Of a DNA stretch of 64,000 bases, positions 1-12,829 are shown piece after piece. The position numbers and the translations under genes are program-made. Every line of letters begins with the position of its first letter. The first letter of the stretch is position 1. The stretch is from the human T2T-CHM13v2.0 reference genome, Homo sapiens. The notes beneath the pieces were generated by a model, which did not search any database, was not told the DNA's origin, and saw nothing but the letters and a program-made list of their open reading frames with translations. The stretch lies in NCBI RefSeq assembly GCF_009914755.1, contig NC_060933.1; one strand, 5' to 3'.

Positions 1-865
1 AGCAAACCACCTTGGCACATGCTTATCTCTGTAACAAACCTGTGAAATAGGAAAGGTTTCCTTGTCCCCCTCACAGGGTGTGCAATGGGGGTGTGGTTCG
101 CTTCTTCAGTGCCCCGTTGCTCAAACCTCTAGTGGAGCATACAGACAGGCAGGCTGTGGGGCTCTGACCCCACAGCAGTGTCTAGGGGTGAATGTTGACA
201 GCTGAAGCCCCAGTAGGCATGCATTACAGGGTGCTTTTTTAGTTTAGCCCTCCATAGGTGGCTTGTGTTACTCAGCTCAGTTAGACCCTCTACCTTGTTG
301 CAAGGACAGAGGGCTTTCTGTATCCTGGGTTCCTGCCTTGCTTTACCAGAAGAACAGGCTCACAAGTGGGCTTGGAGAATGAGTGCAAGGTTTTATTGAG
401 TGGAAGTAGCTCTCAGCAGATGGGGGAGCCAGAAGGGAAATGGTTTTCCCCCTGAGTCGGTCTGCTTGGCGGCCTGGGCTGGCGTGCCGGTGCCTGTCAG
501 TGGTGTGTTCCTCTCAACGTCTAGTCACCCGTGGGTTAATCTGCTGATGTGCTCCTCTCGATGTCCAGCTGCCTGTGTGTGCCTGCTAGGGTCTTGGGGG
601 TTTCTATAGGCACAGGATGGGGGTGTGGCAGGCCAGGGTGGTCTTGGGAAATGCAACATTTGGACAGGAAAACAAAAATGCCTGTCCTCACCCAGGTCCA
701 TGGGGGTGGAGCCCCAGCCAGGGACCACTCCCTTCTGTAAGCAGCACTTCCCTTCCCCGCTTCTGTATCATTTAAAGGGACCATGCTCTTCCATTCTCAG
801 CACTCCTGTATCACCTGCATATCCTACACGTGTACCCCAGAACTTAAAAGCTGAAGAAAAAAAAC
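1..865 (+). mobile_element. 3' end of an older L1PA/L1PB LINE-1, split by an LTR (pieces 1-42 and 814-865)
   Basis: GCAAACCAC..GGCACAT..GTAACAAACCTG resumes after the LTR as CCTGCAT..TGTACCCCAGAACTTAAAAG plus A tail, the L1 3'UTR terminus. Confidence 0.8.
43..813 (-). mobile_element. ERV1-class solo LTR (LTR1/LTR27/LTR28/MER52 group)
   Basis: TG...CA termini and 4-bp TSD CCTG (39-42, 814-817); minus strand begins TGATACAGGAGTGCTG...; exact subfamily uncertain. Confidence 0.8.
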
Positions 866-1880
866 TGCTTCAAAATATTCCATCAAAAAAGTAAAGACAA
901 CCCACAGACTTGAAGAAAATATTTGCAAATCATGTATCTAATAAGGTATTTGTATCAGAATATATAAAATTTCTTACAACTAATTAAGACAACGCAATTA
1001 AAAATGGGCAAAGGATTCCAAAAGCCAATAAGCATATAATCTATCTTCTCTAAAGAATATATATTAATTGCCAATAAGCACATGGAAAGATATTCAGCAT
1101 CACATGTCATTAGGGAAAATAAAATCTAAACCATAATGAGATACCACTTCACATGCCTCACAATACCTATAACTTAAAAAAAAAGACAATAACAAGTGTT
1201 GGTAAGAATGTGGCAGAATTGGAACCTTCATACATTGCTGGTGGTGACGTGAAATGATAGAGCTGCTTTGAAAAGTTTGGCATTTCCTCAAAAGGTTAAA
1301 CATAGGGTTACTGCATGACCCAGAAATTCTACTCCCAGGTTTGTACCCAAAACAAGTATAAATATATGTCTACACAAAGACTTTTACATGAATGTTCATA
1401 GCAGCATTATTCATAATAACCAAAAAGTGAAACAATCCAATGTCTATCAGTTGATAAATAGGTAAAATGTAGTATATGTATACAATGGAATATATTTCAA
1501 TAATAAAAAGGAATGAGATAGCACTGGTATGTGCTACGACATGGATGAATATCAAAATCAGCATGCTAAGTGAAAGAAGCCAGTCACAAATGACCACATA
1601 TTATATGATTCCATTAATATAAAATGTCCAGGATAGGTGAATCTGTAGAGAAAGAAGGTAGGTTAGTGTTTGCCTAGAACTGGAGCAGGAGAAAGGTGGG
1701 GAGCGTAATGGAGAATAACTGTTATTTAGTATGTTTCTTTTTTATGGTAATAAAAATGTTTTAAAGTTAGATTATGGGGATGGTCATATAACTATAAATA
1801 TACTAAAAACTATTGAATTGTACACTTTAAATGGGTCAAATTTATGGCATTTATTGATAAATTATAAGGCTGTTAAAATG
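866..1880 (+). mobile_element. Old L1M (L1MB/MC-like) ORF2 end and 3'UTR
   Basis: Degenerate L1 motifs: GAAAATATTTGCAAATCATGTATCT, TGAGATACCACTTCAC, GAAAGAAGCCAGTCACAAA, TGTACACTTTAAATGGG. Confidence 0.8.
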
Positions 1881-2721
1881 TAATGATAACTACTAGAAGA
1901 CACAGATGAAAACCTTTTAAATAGAATCTATTTTTTTAATTATACTTTAAGTTCTGGGAAACATGTGCAGAACGTGCAGGTATGTTACGTAGATATGCAT
2001 GTGCCATGGTTATTTGCTGCACCCATCAACCCATCATCTACATTAGGTATTTCTCCTAATGCTATCCCTCTCCTACCCCCAACCCCCGACAGGCCCCAGT
2101 GTGTGATGTTCCCTTCCCTGTATCTGTGTGTTCTCACTGTTCAGCTCCCACTTATGAGTGAGAACATGTAGTGTTTGGTTTTCTATTCCTGTGTTAGTTT
2201 GCTGAGAATGATGGTTTCCAGCTTCATCCGTGTCTCTGCAAAGGACATGAACTCATCCTTTTCTATTGCTGCATAGTATTCCATGGTGTATATGTGCCAC
2301 ATTTTCTTTATCCAGTCTATCATTGATGGGCATTTGAGTTGGTTCCAAGACTTTGCTATTGCAAATAGTGCTGCAGTAAACATACATGTGCATGTATCTT
2401 TATAGTAGAATGATTTATAATCCTTTGGGTATATACCCAGTAATGGGGTTATTGGGTCAAATGGTATTTCTGGTACCAGATCCTTGAGGAATCGTCACAC
2501 TGTCTTCCACAATGGTTGAACTAATTTACACTCCCACCAACAGTGTAAAAGCATTCCTATTTCTCCATATCCTCTCCAGCACCTGTCATTTCCTGACTTT
2601 TTAATGCTTGCTATTCTAACTGGTGGGAAATGGTATTATCTCATTGTCGTTTTGATTTGCATTTCTCTAATGACCAGTGATGATGGCTTTTTTTCATATG
2701 TTTCTTGGCCGCATAAGTGTC

Positions 2722-3007
2722 TTTTTTTTTTTTGAGATGCAGTGTTGCTCTGTTGCCCAGGCAGTGGCGGGATCTCGGCTCACCGCAATCTCCGCCTCCT
2801 GGTTTCAAGCAATTCTCTGCCTCAGTCTCTTGAGTAGCTGGGATTACAGGCGCCCACCACCATGGCCGGCTAATTTTCTGTATTTTTTTAGTAGAGACAA
2901 GGTTTCACCATCCTGACCAGGCTTGTCTTGAACTCCTGACCTCGTGATCCACCTACCTCTGCCTTCCAAAGTGCTGGGATTACAGGCGTGAGCCACTGAG
3001 CCTGGCC
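2722..3007 (-). mobile_element. AluS
   Basis: Full dimeric Alu in antisense, small internal deletion, TSD about AA(G)TGTCTT. Confidence 0.92.
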
Positions 3008-3062
3008 AATGTCTTCTTTTGAGACGTGTCCGTTCACATCCTTCGCCCACTTTTTGATGGGG

Positions 3063-3370
3063 TTGGTTTTGTTGTTGCTGTTGTTTTGTGAGACAGAGTC
3101 TCGCTCTGTCTCCCAGGCTGGAGCGCAGTGGCGGGATCTCAGCTCACTGCAAGCTCCGCCTCCTGGGTTCACGCCATTCTCCTGCCTCAGCCTCCCGAGT
3201 AGCTGGTACTAAAGGCGCTCGCCACCACGCCCAGTTAATTTTTTGTATTGTTAGTAGAGATGGGGTTTCACCATGTTAGCCGGGATGGTTTCGATCTCCT
3301 GACCTAGTGATCCACCCGCCTCTGCCTCCCAAAGTGTTGGGATTACAGGCGTGAGGCAACGCACCCGGCC
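3063..3370 (-). mobile_element. AluY-like element with (TTG)n-decayed tail
   Basis: GCAAGCTCCGCC and TTCACGCCATTCT diagnostics; full dimer. Confidence 0.9.
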
Positions 3371-3699
3371 TGTTTGTTTTTTTCTTGTAAATTTCATTAA
3401 GTTCCTTGCAGACTGTGGATATTAGCCCTTTGTCAGATGGATAGTTTGCAAAAATTTTCTCCCATTCTGTAGGTTGCCTGTTCACTCTGATGATAGTTTC
3501 TTTCGCTGTGCAGAAGCTCTTTAGTTTAATTAGATCTCATTTGTCAATGTTGGCTTTTGTTGCCATTGCTTTTGGTGTTTTAGTCACAGAGACTGCATAA
3601 CTAATAATCTAGTTTTTAGAAAGAAAATTCAATAAAGACAAGAGAAGGCATAAGTTGGAGGGAGAGAGAAGCAATCAGAAATCATGGTAAATTGAAAAC

Positions 3700-5440
3700 A
3701 CAAACTGTGATGCAGGAACAAACCCAAACTTGGTAAGCACCATCAATATAAATGGGTTAAACTCACCTATACAAAACAGAGTCTCAGATTGTATTTTAAA
3801 AATTGAATCATTTGCTATTTTCAAGTGACAGAACAATCTTTTCACTAAAATAAAAGAGTGAAAATACTTGGTTATAAATGGTTAGCAAACATAAAGCAGA
3901 CATAACTGTATTAATATCGTATAAAATAAGAGGTATCATTTCACCCCAGGTAGGGTGGCTATTATCAAAAAGACAAAAATTAGCAAATGCTGGTGAGGAT
4001 ACAGAGGAAAGGGAACTCCTATACACTCTTGGTGGGAATGTTAACTAGTATAGCCACTATGGATAGCAGTATGAAGTTTCCACAAAAAACTACAATAGAA
4101 CAACTGTATGATCCAGCAATCCCACTGCCACGCATTATCCAAAGGAAAGGAAATTAGTATATTGAAGAGACATCTGTGCTCCATGTTTCTTGCAGCACTA
4201 TTCACAACAGCCAAGATAAGGAATCAACCTCGGTGTCCAACATCAGATGACTGGATAAAGGAAATGTGCTGTATATACAATGGAATACTATTCAGACACA
4301 AAAGAGAATGAAATCCTGTCATTCATGGCAACACTTTTGAAAGTGAGGACACGATAGTAAGTGAAATAAGCTAGGAACAGAAAGTTAAATACCACATGTT
4401 CTCACTCATATGTGGAAGCCAAAGAAATTAACCTCATAGAAGTAAGAAGTAAAATAGAAGATCCTAGAGGCTAGGAAGGGTAGGGGAAGGGGAAGAATAT
4501 GGAGAGATTTGTTAAAGGATACAAAATCCAACTTGATAGGAGAGATAAATTCTAGTGTGCTATACCACTGTTGGATGAATTGAACAATAATATTTATATT
4601 AGAATCAAAGAGATATTCAAATATATTGAATATCCCCAACACAAAGAAAGGATAAATGTTTGAGCTGATGGATATGTTAATTACCCTGCTCTGATCACTA
4701 TACTTACATGTATTGAAACATCACCATGGAACCCATAAGTATGTATCATTATGTAAATTTAAAAATAAAGTATAAAATTAAGATATAAGGGAAAAATAAT
4801 CGAAAGAAATGATGATGTATACATCCTATTGATAAATGCAACCAAGAATAGACTGTTATACGTGTAAAAAATAGTTAAAAATAGTTGAATCAAAATTGAG
4901 AGAATTATCTCAAAAAACGAAAGAAACAAAATTATTTTTGAGAACTTGAACAAGCCTCTCAGAAACGAAAATTAAACAGATAGAAAATAGAAAAGGGTAT
5001 TAATTTTAATAATATATCAATAGATTTCACCTAATGTATAGAAAACTTGGTACTCAATAAATAGAGATTCCACATCACTTTGAAACACATGCAGCAGTCA
5101 TAAAATTTGTCCATCAACAAGACCACAACTAAAAAATTAACAAATTTCAAAAAGTTAATTTTATAGGCCAAATTTACTAACCATTATGCAATAAAATTAG
5201 AACTTAACAACTAAAAGATGTCAAAAAACAAAGAAAACCCAAACAGGCATCTAAATATAAACACAAGCCCCCACGCACATAGTTCTATACAATTTTCTGA
5301 TTAATGAGAAATCCAAATGGAAACTTTGGAACTTAACTAAAGAAGTGCCAAAAAAACTCTAAGAAAAAAACTTTAAAATATATATTTTTTAATGTCTAAA
5401 GAAAGAATAAAGATATAAGCAGAAATTCTTGAAATAGAAA
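3700..5440 (+). mobile_element. Highly decayed old L1 ORF2 (endonuclease region), interrupted by an L1MA 3' end
   Basis: AATATAAATGGGTTAAACTCACCTAT (LNVNGLN-like) and ACCATTATGCAATAAAATTAGAA (DHxAIKLE-like) remnants. Confidence 0.55.
3930..4790 (+). mobile_element. L1MA-type 3' fragment
   Basis: TATGATCCAGCAATCCCACT, CATGTTCTCACTCATATGTGG, GATAAATGTTTGAG.TGATGGATATG 3'UTR motifs. Confidence 0.85.
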
Positions 5441-6721
5441 ATCTGCCCAATACTACTGGTGGTTGCACTCGCTGGTTTTCCCAGATGGCGTCTGGGACTC
5501 GATAATGAATGTGGGTAGCTGCTTTGTGGTTTGTGTTGCAAAAATGGCATCTTTTAACTGAACACTGCACTTGATCATCTGAACCAGAGGTCCCAGACTT
5601 CTAAGGGCATCTCAAGCAGGTCAGACTTTTGCCATAATCCCTAAAGTGCAAGAAGTATAGTCTCTCATTTTTGGCAATTCTTTACATTGTCTTTTAACCT
5701 TGAGTTGACCTTCTCCTCAAAATAGACATCAGAATATCCCTCATTCTGAATGTACTATCTAGCTTTCCTTTCTTTTACATTGCCTTTGTGGAATGAGAAA
5801 TGTTGTGACCTTCTCCACTACTAGTGGTAGATTAAAATTATTTGAAAGTGTTGGAAATGGGACATGTGCAAAGGAAGGTCTTTATTTATGTATTTTTTTT
5901 TTTAGCAGAATGAGAGTTTAAATGGGTTTTCAGCATAAAGAATTTGTATGCAGCACATTAGGATGTATAGATTGTTTAATTAAATTTTGCTTTATTATTT
6001 GTGAAAGCAGGATAAGCTCATTCTTCCTGGAAGTCTTTGTTAAGATTGTTGGGAGTGCATAAAACTGTATGACAAATACTGATCACTACTACACGCCTGG
6101 CACTGTGCTAGGTATATAAGACAGACACAGATTCTAATTTTACGGAGCTTCCAGTCCTGCTTCCTGAAGCATGTCTTCCACGGAAAGGTGTTATTTCATT
6201 GTAGATTGGAGGGCTTAGAGATTCCACTGTGGCTAAAGTGTGGCCTATTAAAGTCTGTTGCAATGAAGAGGCATAGCACATGATGAAGCAGAAGCAATGT
6301 CTCCAGGCAAGGCTGACAACGAATCTTCAGGAGAGCAAATTTCCATAAATTCACCATGATCTGAAGTCTTAAGTCCACAGTCTTGGAGGTCCAGAACATG
6401 ACCTTATCAATACTCCTGGAGAGGAGAGATTTCCAGTGACAGGCTAATAATAATTCACACAAGATTGATTTTGAAATGTCAATTTACCACTTCCCTGTGG
6501 CAAGGATCATTCTGTTCTCTATTTACCACACCACCTTTCCAGTACTGAGGTACCTGGAAAGTTGAATTAGCCCTTGGAAGACTGCTTGGAGGGCATGGAA
6601 GCATAGTGAAGGGAGGTGGGGAATTTTGACATTGCTATCTGTGGAGAAATTGTCACGCAGCAATGAATACTTTTGAGCAGAATAGAATTTAGTTTGTATC
6701 AGGTATGAATCGCTTCATTTA

Positions 6722-7095
6722 AAAAAATTAATTTTTAATTTTTACGGGTATATAGTAGGTGTATATATTAATGGAGTCCATGAGAAATTTTAATATAGTC
6801 ATATACTGTGTAATAATCACACCAAGCAAATGAGGTTCCTATTACCTCAAGCATTCATTACGTCTTTTTGTTATGAACATTCCAACTGTACTCCTTTTGG
6901 TGTTCTAAAGTGTACAACAAATTATTGCTGACTGTAGTCACCCTGTGATGCTATCAAATATTAGATCTTATTCATTGTATCTAACTATATTTTTGTACCC
7001 ATTAAGCATCCCCGTTTCCTACCCTCACCTCACTACCCTTCCAAGCCTCTGATAACAAACATTCTACACTCTATTTCCATGAGTTCTGATTTTTT
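6722..7095 (-). mobile_element. L1MA/L1PB 3' end fragment
   Basis: GGGTATATAGTAGGTGTATATATT..., ACTGTAGTCACCCTGT, GATCTTATTCATT antisense 3'UTR motifs. Confidence 0.75.
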
Positions 7096-7189
7096 ATGTT
7101 GTATTATTAGTGTGTAAATGTATGTCTTACTTTACTAGTACTTCTACATCTTCTATTAGTAGTTCTACTATAACTACTGCTATAGCAAG

Positions 7190-7400
7190 CCTATATAGGA
7201 GTTACTACTGTCTTGACTGTGCTAATAGCTTTCCATATATGAACTCAATTCTCCAACCTTTTATTATCTTCCTGAGTTTACGGTTGAGAAAAATGAGGCA
7301 TGAAACATTTAAGTAAATTGCTCAGTGTCACCCAACTGTTAAGTGGCAGAACAAGAATTCAAATCCAGGTAGCTTGTCTCTAGGTTTTGATGCCGCTAGC
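7190..7400 (-). mobile_element. MIR fragment
   Basis: GAGAAAAATGAGGCA..TAAGTAAATTGCTCAGTGTCAC..AAGTGGCAGA..ATTCAAATCCAGG core. Confidence 0.7.
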
Positions 7401-8617
7401 TTAGGTCATGGTCCCTATCAGTGGATAAATTCAATCAATAGTTTTTTATATGAGTTGTTAGACTTATTAGGTCAGAGGTAAGTATAAACAGTAAGATGAA
7501 AAGAGCCCAGTTTTCTTTAAGTAGCAATCATTTACCCTTTAATCCTTAGAACCTCAAATGAAGGAGAAAGAGTAAAAAAAATTCTTGGACTAAATGCAGA
7601 AGAGGAACTGAAATACTTTCTGAAGTAATTGTCTAACACTTTGGGAATTATGGTATTCACAGGTCTGATTATAAAAGGAGAATTGGAGGCTTACCAAACA
7701 TCTGAAGAGCTTTCCAGAAGTTTGGTCACTTCTGAATTAGAGAAGTTAAAACCCAATCACCTACTAATGCTGTGGGAAAGTTCTGCAGGTACAGAGTCCC
7801 TAATGAACTCACAGGGAATAGACATGGGGCAGGTGGGAGAACAACAGGAAAATCAGTAAATACAACCAAGTATTACAGCAGATAACCTGCTGCACCACTG
7901 AGGCTCAAGAAATGTCTACTAAAAAAGTGAATGGCAGTAAGTCCTCAGGTCCTCTTGTTATTCTTATGTTCAGTGACCTCCTCTAGGTGATTGTTCAAAA
8001 TCTCAAATGGTATCTGCTTCTGACAACTGTACATGTTTTCCATGTTTGCTACTTTAGGAAGCAAGGAAGACTGTTGAAGAAATAAAGAAGACAAAGTTAG
8101 GTTGTGCCATTAGCACTTGGGATATTTCAACTCCCTAAGTCAGAATAAGATTAATCATCATGCATTTACTGTATTCAAAATTAAATCCTATGGCTCAAAC
8201 ATCTTTTGAATTCCAAGTTCTAAACTGATATATAAAGAGGGTGAGAGTCCCAAGACCTGAAAGAGGATAGGAGTAGATGAAACTGAAAAGGGTTAAAGTG
8301 CAGAGCCACCGGTGATAGGGAAAAGCCACCAGGAGGTGTGAGTGGAGTGACCTGTGGTCAGGTGGGGGTTGGGGCAATGGTGAAAAGGTACCTCCCTTAA
8401 GTTGAAAAGGCATTCATTGAGCTCTTGCTGTGTGCCAGATTTAAGGTAGATGCTGAGGATGCAAATGTAACTCATGCTTCACTGAGCTCTACTAACCAAC
8501 AAATTCTACCCTGTTCTTTCTGGGCATCCCAGGTGATACATCACAGGGGCTCATGAATGTGTCTTAAGCTGGGTCATTGAAGTGGAATGTTTTCACAAGA
8601 CCTCCTCCACTTGCTAC

Positions 8618-10022
8618 TGTGTCCGGAATTGGTGGGTTCTTGGTCTCACTGACTTCAAGAATGAAGCCGCGGACCCTCGCGGTGAGTGTTACAGTTCTTA
8701 AAGGTGGCATGTTTGGAGTTTGTTCCTTCTGATGTTCGGATGTGTTCGGAGTTTCTTCGTTCTGGTGGGTTCGTGGTCTCGCTGGCTCCGGAGTGAAGCT
8801 GCAGACCTTTGCGGTGAGTGTTACAGCTCTTAAGGTGGCGTGTCTGGAGTTGTTCGTTCCTCTAGGTGAGTTCGTGGTCTCGATGGCTTCAGGAGTGAAG
8901 CTGCAGACCTTCACGGTGAGTGTTACAGCTCATAAAGGCAGTCTGGACCTAACGAATGAGCAGTAGCAAGATTTATTGCAAAGAGCGAAAGCAAAGCTTC
9001 CACAGTGTGGAAGGGGACCCCAGGGGTTGCCACTGCTGGCTGCTGCAGCCTCCTTTTATTCTCCTATCTGGCCCCACCCACACCCTGCTGATTGGTCCAT
9101 TTTACAGAGAGCCGGTTGGTCTGTTTTATAGAGAGCTGATTGGTCCGTTTTGACAGGGTGCTGATTGGTGCGTTTACAATCCCTGAGCTAGACACAAAAG
9201 TTCTCCACGTCCCCACCAGATTAGCTAGATACAGAGTGTGGACACAAAGGTTCTCCAAGTCCCCACCAGAGTAGCTAGATACAGAGTGTTGATTGGTGCA
9301 TTCACAAACCCTGAGCTAGACAGAGGGTGCTGACTGGTGTGTTTACAAACCTTGAGCTAGATACAGAGTGCCGACTGGTGTATTTACCATCCCTTAGCTA
9401 GACATAAAGGTCCTCCAAGTCCCCACCAGACTCAGGAGCCCAGCTGGCTTCACCCAGTGGATCGCGCACCGGGCCGTAGGTGGAGCTGCCTGCCAGTCCT
9501 GCGCTGTGCGCCCGCACTCCTCAGCCCTTGGGCAGTCGATGGGACTGGGCGCTGTGGAGCAGGGAGCGGTGCTCGTCGGGGAGGCTCAGGCTGGGCAGGA
9601 GCCCATGGCGGCGAGGGGAGGTTCAGGCATGGCGGGCTGCAGGTCCTGAGCCCTGCCCTGCAGGGAGGCAGCTAAGGCCCGGCAAGAAGTCGAGCACAGC
9701 AGCTGCTGGCCCAGGTGTTAAGCCCCTCACTGCCTGGGGCTTGCTGGCCAGGGGGCTCCCAAGTGGGGGCTGCCGAGCCCACGCCCACCTGGAAATCGCG
9801 CTGGCCCACAAGCATCACAAGCAGCCGTAGTTCCCACCTGCGCCTCTCCCTCCACACCTCCCTGCAAGCTGAGGGAGCCGGCTCTGGCCTTGGCCAGCCC
9901 AGAAAGGGGCTCCCACTGTGCAGCGGCGGGCTGAAGGGCTCCTCAAGTGCCACCAAAGTGAGAGCCCAGGCAGAGGAGGCGCAGAGAGCGAGCGAGGGGT
10001 GCCAGCACGCTGTCACCTCTCA
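8618..10022 (-). mobile_element. LTR12 (ERV9) solo LTR, long C/D/E type
   Basis: Minus strand runs TGAGAGGTGACAGCGTGCTGGC ... CCAATTCCGGACACA; 4-bp TSD CTAC (8614-8617, 10023-10026); GC-rich U3 and tandem U3/U5 repeats. Confidence 0.95.
9050..9430 (-). promoter_or_regulatory. LTR12 enhancer/promoter: CCAAT (NF-Y) boxes, GATA sites, AATAAAA TATA surrogate
   Basis: Four intact GATTGG near 9090, 9138, 9163, 9291; several AGATA; TTTTATT at 9054-9060. Activity inferred from family knowledge only. Confidence 0.6.
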
Positions 10023-10039
10023 CTACCTTGTGAGAAGTA

Positions 10040-10435
10040 CAGATGGTCCCTGACTTAGACTGGTTTGATTTATGATTTATTTTTTACTTTACAATGGTGC
10101 AAAAGCAATATGCTTTCAGTCGAATTCATACTTTGAATTTTGAATTGTGATGTTTTCCAGGGGTAGTGATATGTGGTAAAATACTCTCTTGTGTAGCCCC
10201 CAGTCAGCCATGCAATCACAAGGGTAGACAATTGACACTCTAAAGTATACTGTGTGGCCAGATGACTGTGCTCAACTGTAGGCTAATGTATGTGTTCTGA
10301 GCACATTTAAGGTAAGCTAGGCTAAGCTATGATGTTCAGTACGTTGGGTGTATTAAATACATTTTCAACTTATGACATTTTCAAATTATGATGCGTTTAT
10401 TGGGATGTAACCCTACATAACTCAAGGAGCAGCTG
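10040..10435 (-). mobile_element. MER47-like Tigger MITE
   Basis: Imperfect TIRs CAGATGGTCCCTGACTTA / TAACTCAAGGAGCAGCTG flanked by TA at both ends. Confidence 0.8.
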
Positions 10436-11019
10436 TATCTTCTCCCTCCCAAGTCCACCATTGAGTGATGCCACAAGACAACATGGGCATAGCTGGTCCT
10501 GAACAGTAGCATCCTCTACTGGGGTGGAATGTCTCTCTTGAGCTTCCTCAGGGAGCCCACAGCATGAAAAGCTATTGGTTTCCCCATAAAAGTAAGGAGA
10601 ACATCTTACTCCACAGTCATCTTTTACCACACTTTGTAACTTAGTACTCAAAGAAATTTCATGAAATTCTAACTGAAAATACCTCCTTTAACCTTCCTTT
10701 GCCAGGCTCTGGTGATTGTTCATGGTAGGTGTTGAAGGGTCAATCTCTGCAACAAACCCTACCCTCTCCTAATTGCCCTCCTTACCAGCACATGTACCTC
10801 TCAGTCCTTCAAATTACTCTTGCAAATTTTCACCAGCCCACCACAAATGTCTTGACTCAGTCAAATTCTGGTGGAGTCTACTTAGATCCCACTAGAACTC
10901 CTCAACGCAAAGATACATGAGGCCTGGTCTTATCCATCAAGGCATGTGGTGAACCCCAGGTGAATTTCTGTTGTGTTACAACTTGTCTGAGGATTGAGTC
11001 TATGGATCTAAAAGAGGCA

Positions 11020-11230
11020 GCAATTAGGTGTGAGGGAGAAGACACAGAACCAGCACCCAAGGAGCTCCTCTGCATTCCTTAGGCCTGCCTTTAACAGCCC
11101 TGTAGCCTCTCTGAAGTCACTCTACTTTTCACCTTCAGTTTCCTAATTTAAGAAAGCCAATAAAACCTCTTCTCTACCTCGTGGGAGGTCATGACAATCA
11201 GGAGTTGTGCATGTTAAAGTGTTTGTAAAC
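11020..11230 (+). mobile_element. MIR fragment
   Basis: Degenerate CAGTTTCCT....TAA core and downstream TGTTAAAGTG. Confidence 0.45.
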
Positions 11231-11289
11231 AGCAGACCCTGTCATTAGTTCAAGCAGTTTGTGGCTTTCTCTTCTGCTCCCAAAGACCC

Positions 11290-11475
11290 TGGGACTTCCC
11301 TCTGACATAATGTTTATCTCACTGCAGGGTGTTTGTTTATATAACTGACTCCCACAGTAGACTGTCAGCCCCATGAAGGCGAGGGTCTCCTCCTATTCAT
11401 TTTTGGATTCTCTTCTCTCAGCGGGGTGCCAGTCATATAACAGATTCTCAGAAAATACATGTTGACTGACTACAT
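11290..11475 (+). mobile_element. L2 3' fragment
   Basis: TAGACTGTCAGCCCCATGAAGGC..GG and AAATACATGTTGACTGACT terminal motif. Confidence 0.6.
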
Positions 11476-11629
11476 AATGAGTGATTTAGGTACAAACATT
11501 TAAACTTTTCTCTGGTGTTCTGAATGCATCCCTTTCAGAGCTCTAGTTATCCTAATTGCTGGTAGGAAAACTATATTAGGCTAGTAAGCATATGGTGAGG
11601 AGTAGGAAACTATATGACCTTATACCTCA

Positions 11630-11785
11630 TATAATTTCAATCCAGAGGGTCCTTACGGTGATTGAGTCCAAATTCCTCCGTTGTACAAATGAGGAAATTG
11701 AAGCTGAGAAAATGTATATGATCTAAGGCCATCTAGACCAGACCCAGACCTTTTGGCTATCAGCTCAGTGTTCTTGATGCCACAT
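11630..11785 (-). mobile_element. MIR/MIR3 fragment
   Basis: TACAAATGAGGAAATTGAAGCTGAGA core. Confidence 0.55.
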
Positions 11786-12162
11786 TTTTAGATCCTCAAA
11801 TTGAATTGACACTGTTAATGCATAATGATTTTATAATCTAGAGCACAGCATTGTGTTCCAGATAATAGATCTGTTTCTGGCAGAAAATAGACACTTTGGT
11901 CAATGAGGAGATAATCCTCAGTGAGGAGCTGTGAATTGAGAACAAACTGTACAATATCGGTCAAGGTGGGTATTAGTTACTCTGAATGAATCAAACTCAA
12001 AGAGCAGCAAATGGATTCCCATCAGCTACAGACCCTTGCTAAAATTAAATGGCTTTGTTCAGCAAGACAAATACTTAGGAAACAATAAAGCTAGGTGGCT
12101 TGTAAAGCGAAGAGATGCATTGCAAAGAGAGGAGGATGAGTAAATTAAAGAAACCATCCTAA

Positions 12163-12829
<667 letters not shown>

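Larger units (their letters stand above)
1931..3586 (-). mobile_element. 5'-truncated L1PA (L1PA7/8-like), interrupted by two Alus
   Basis: poly-T then TTATACTTTAAGTTCTGGG; ORFs 2183-2383 and 3276-3485 translate to the ORF2 C-terminus ([31 protein letters not shown]). Confidence 0.92.

Noticed and set aside
400-894. Cluster of overlapping short ORFs
   Set aside because: They lie in a GC-rich LTR and show no protein-like features
5373-5640. CpG-containing unique stretch with a 65-aa ORF, a partial CTCF/YY1-like CCAGATGGCG and two short U1-like words
   Set aside because: No recognisable protein, motifs incomplete, and the U1-like words are in the wrong order for a pseudogene
6196-7859. ORFs 6196-6462 and 7629-7859 in non-repeat DNA
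   Set aside because: Non-ATG starts, no homology I recognise and no consistent exon structure
9160-9430. Regularly spaced ~40-bp repeats resembling a CRISPR array
   Set aside because: These are LTR12 U3 enhancer repeats in eukaryotic DNA, without unique spacers or cas genes
8564-10053. ORFs up to 116 aa with internal repeats (KVCSFTPE..)
   Set aside because: Translation of LTR12 tandem repeats, a common annotation artefact
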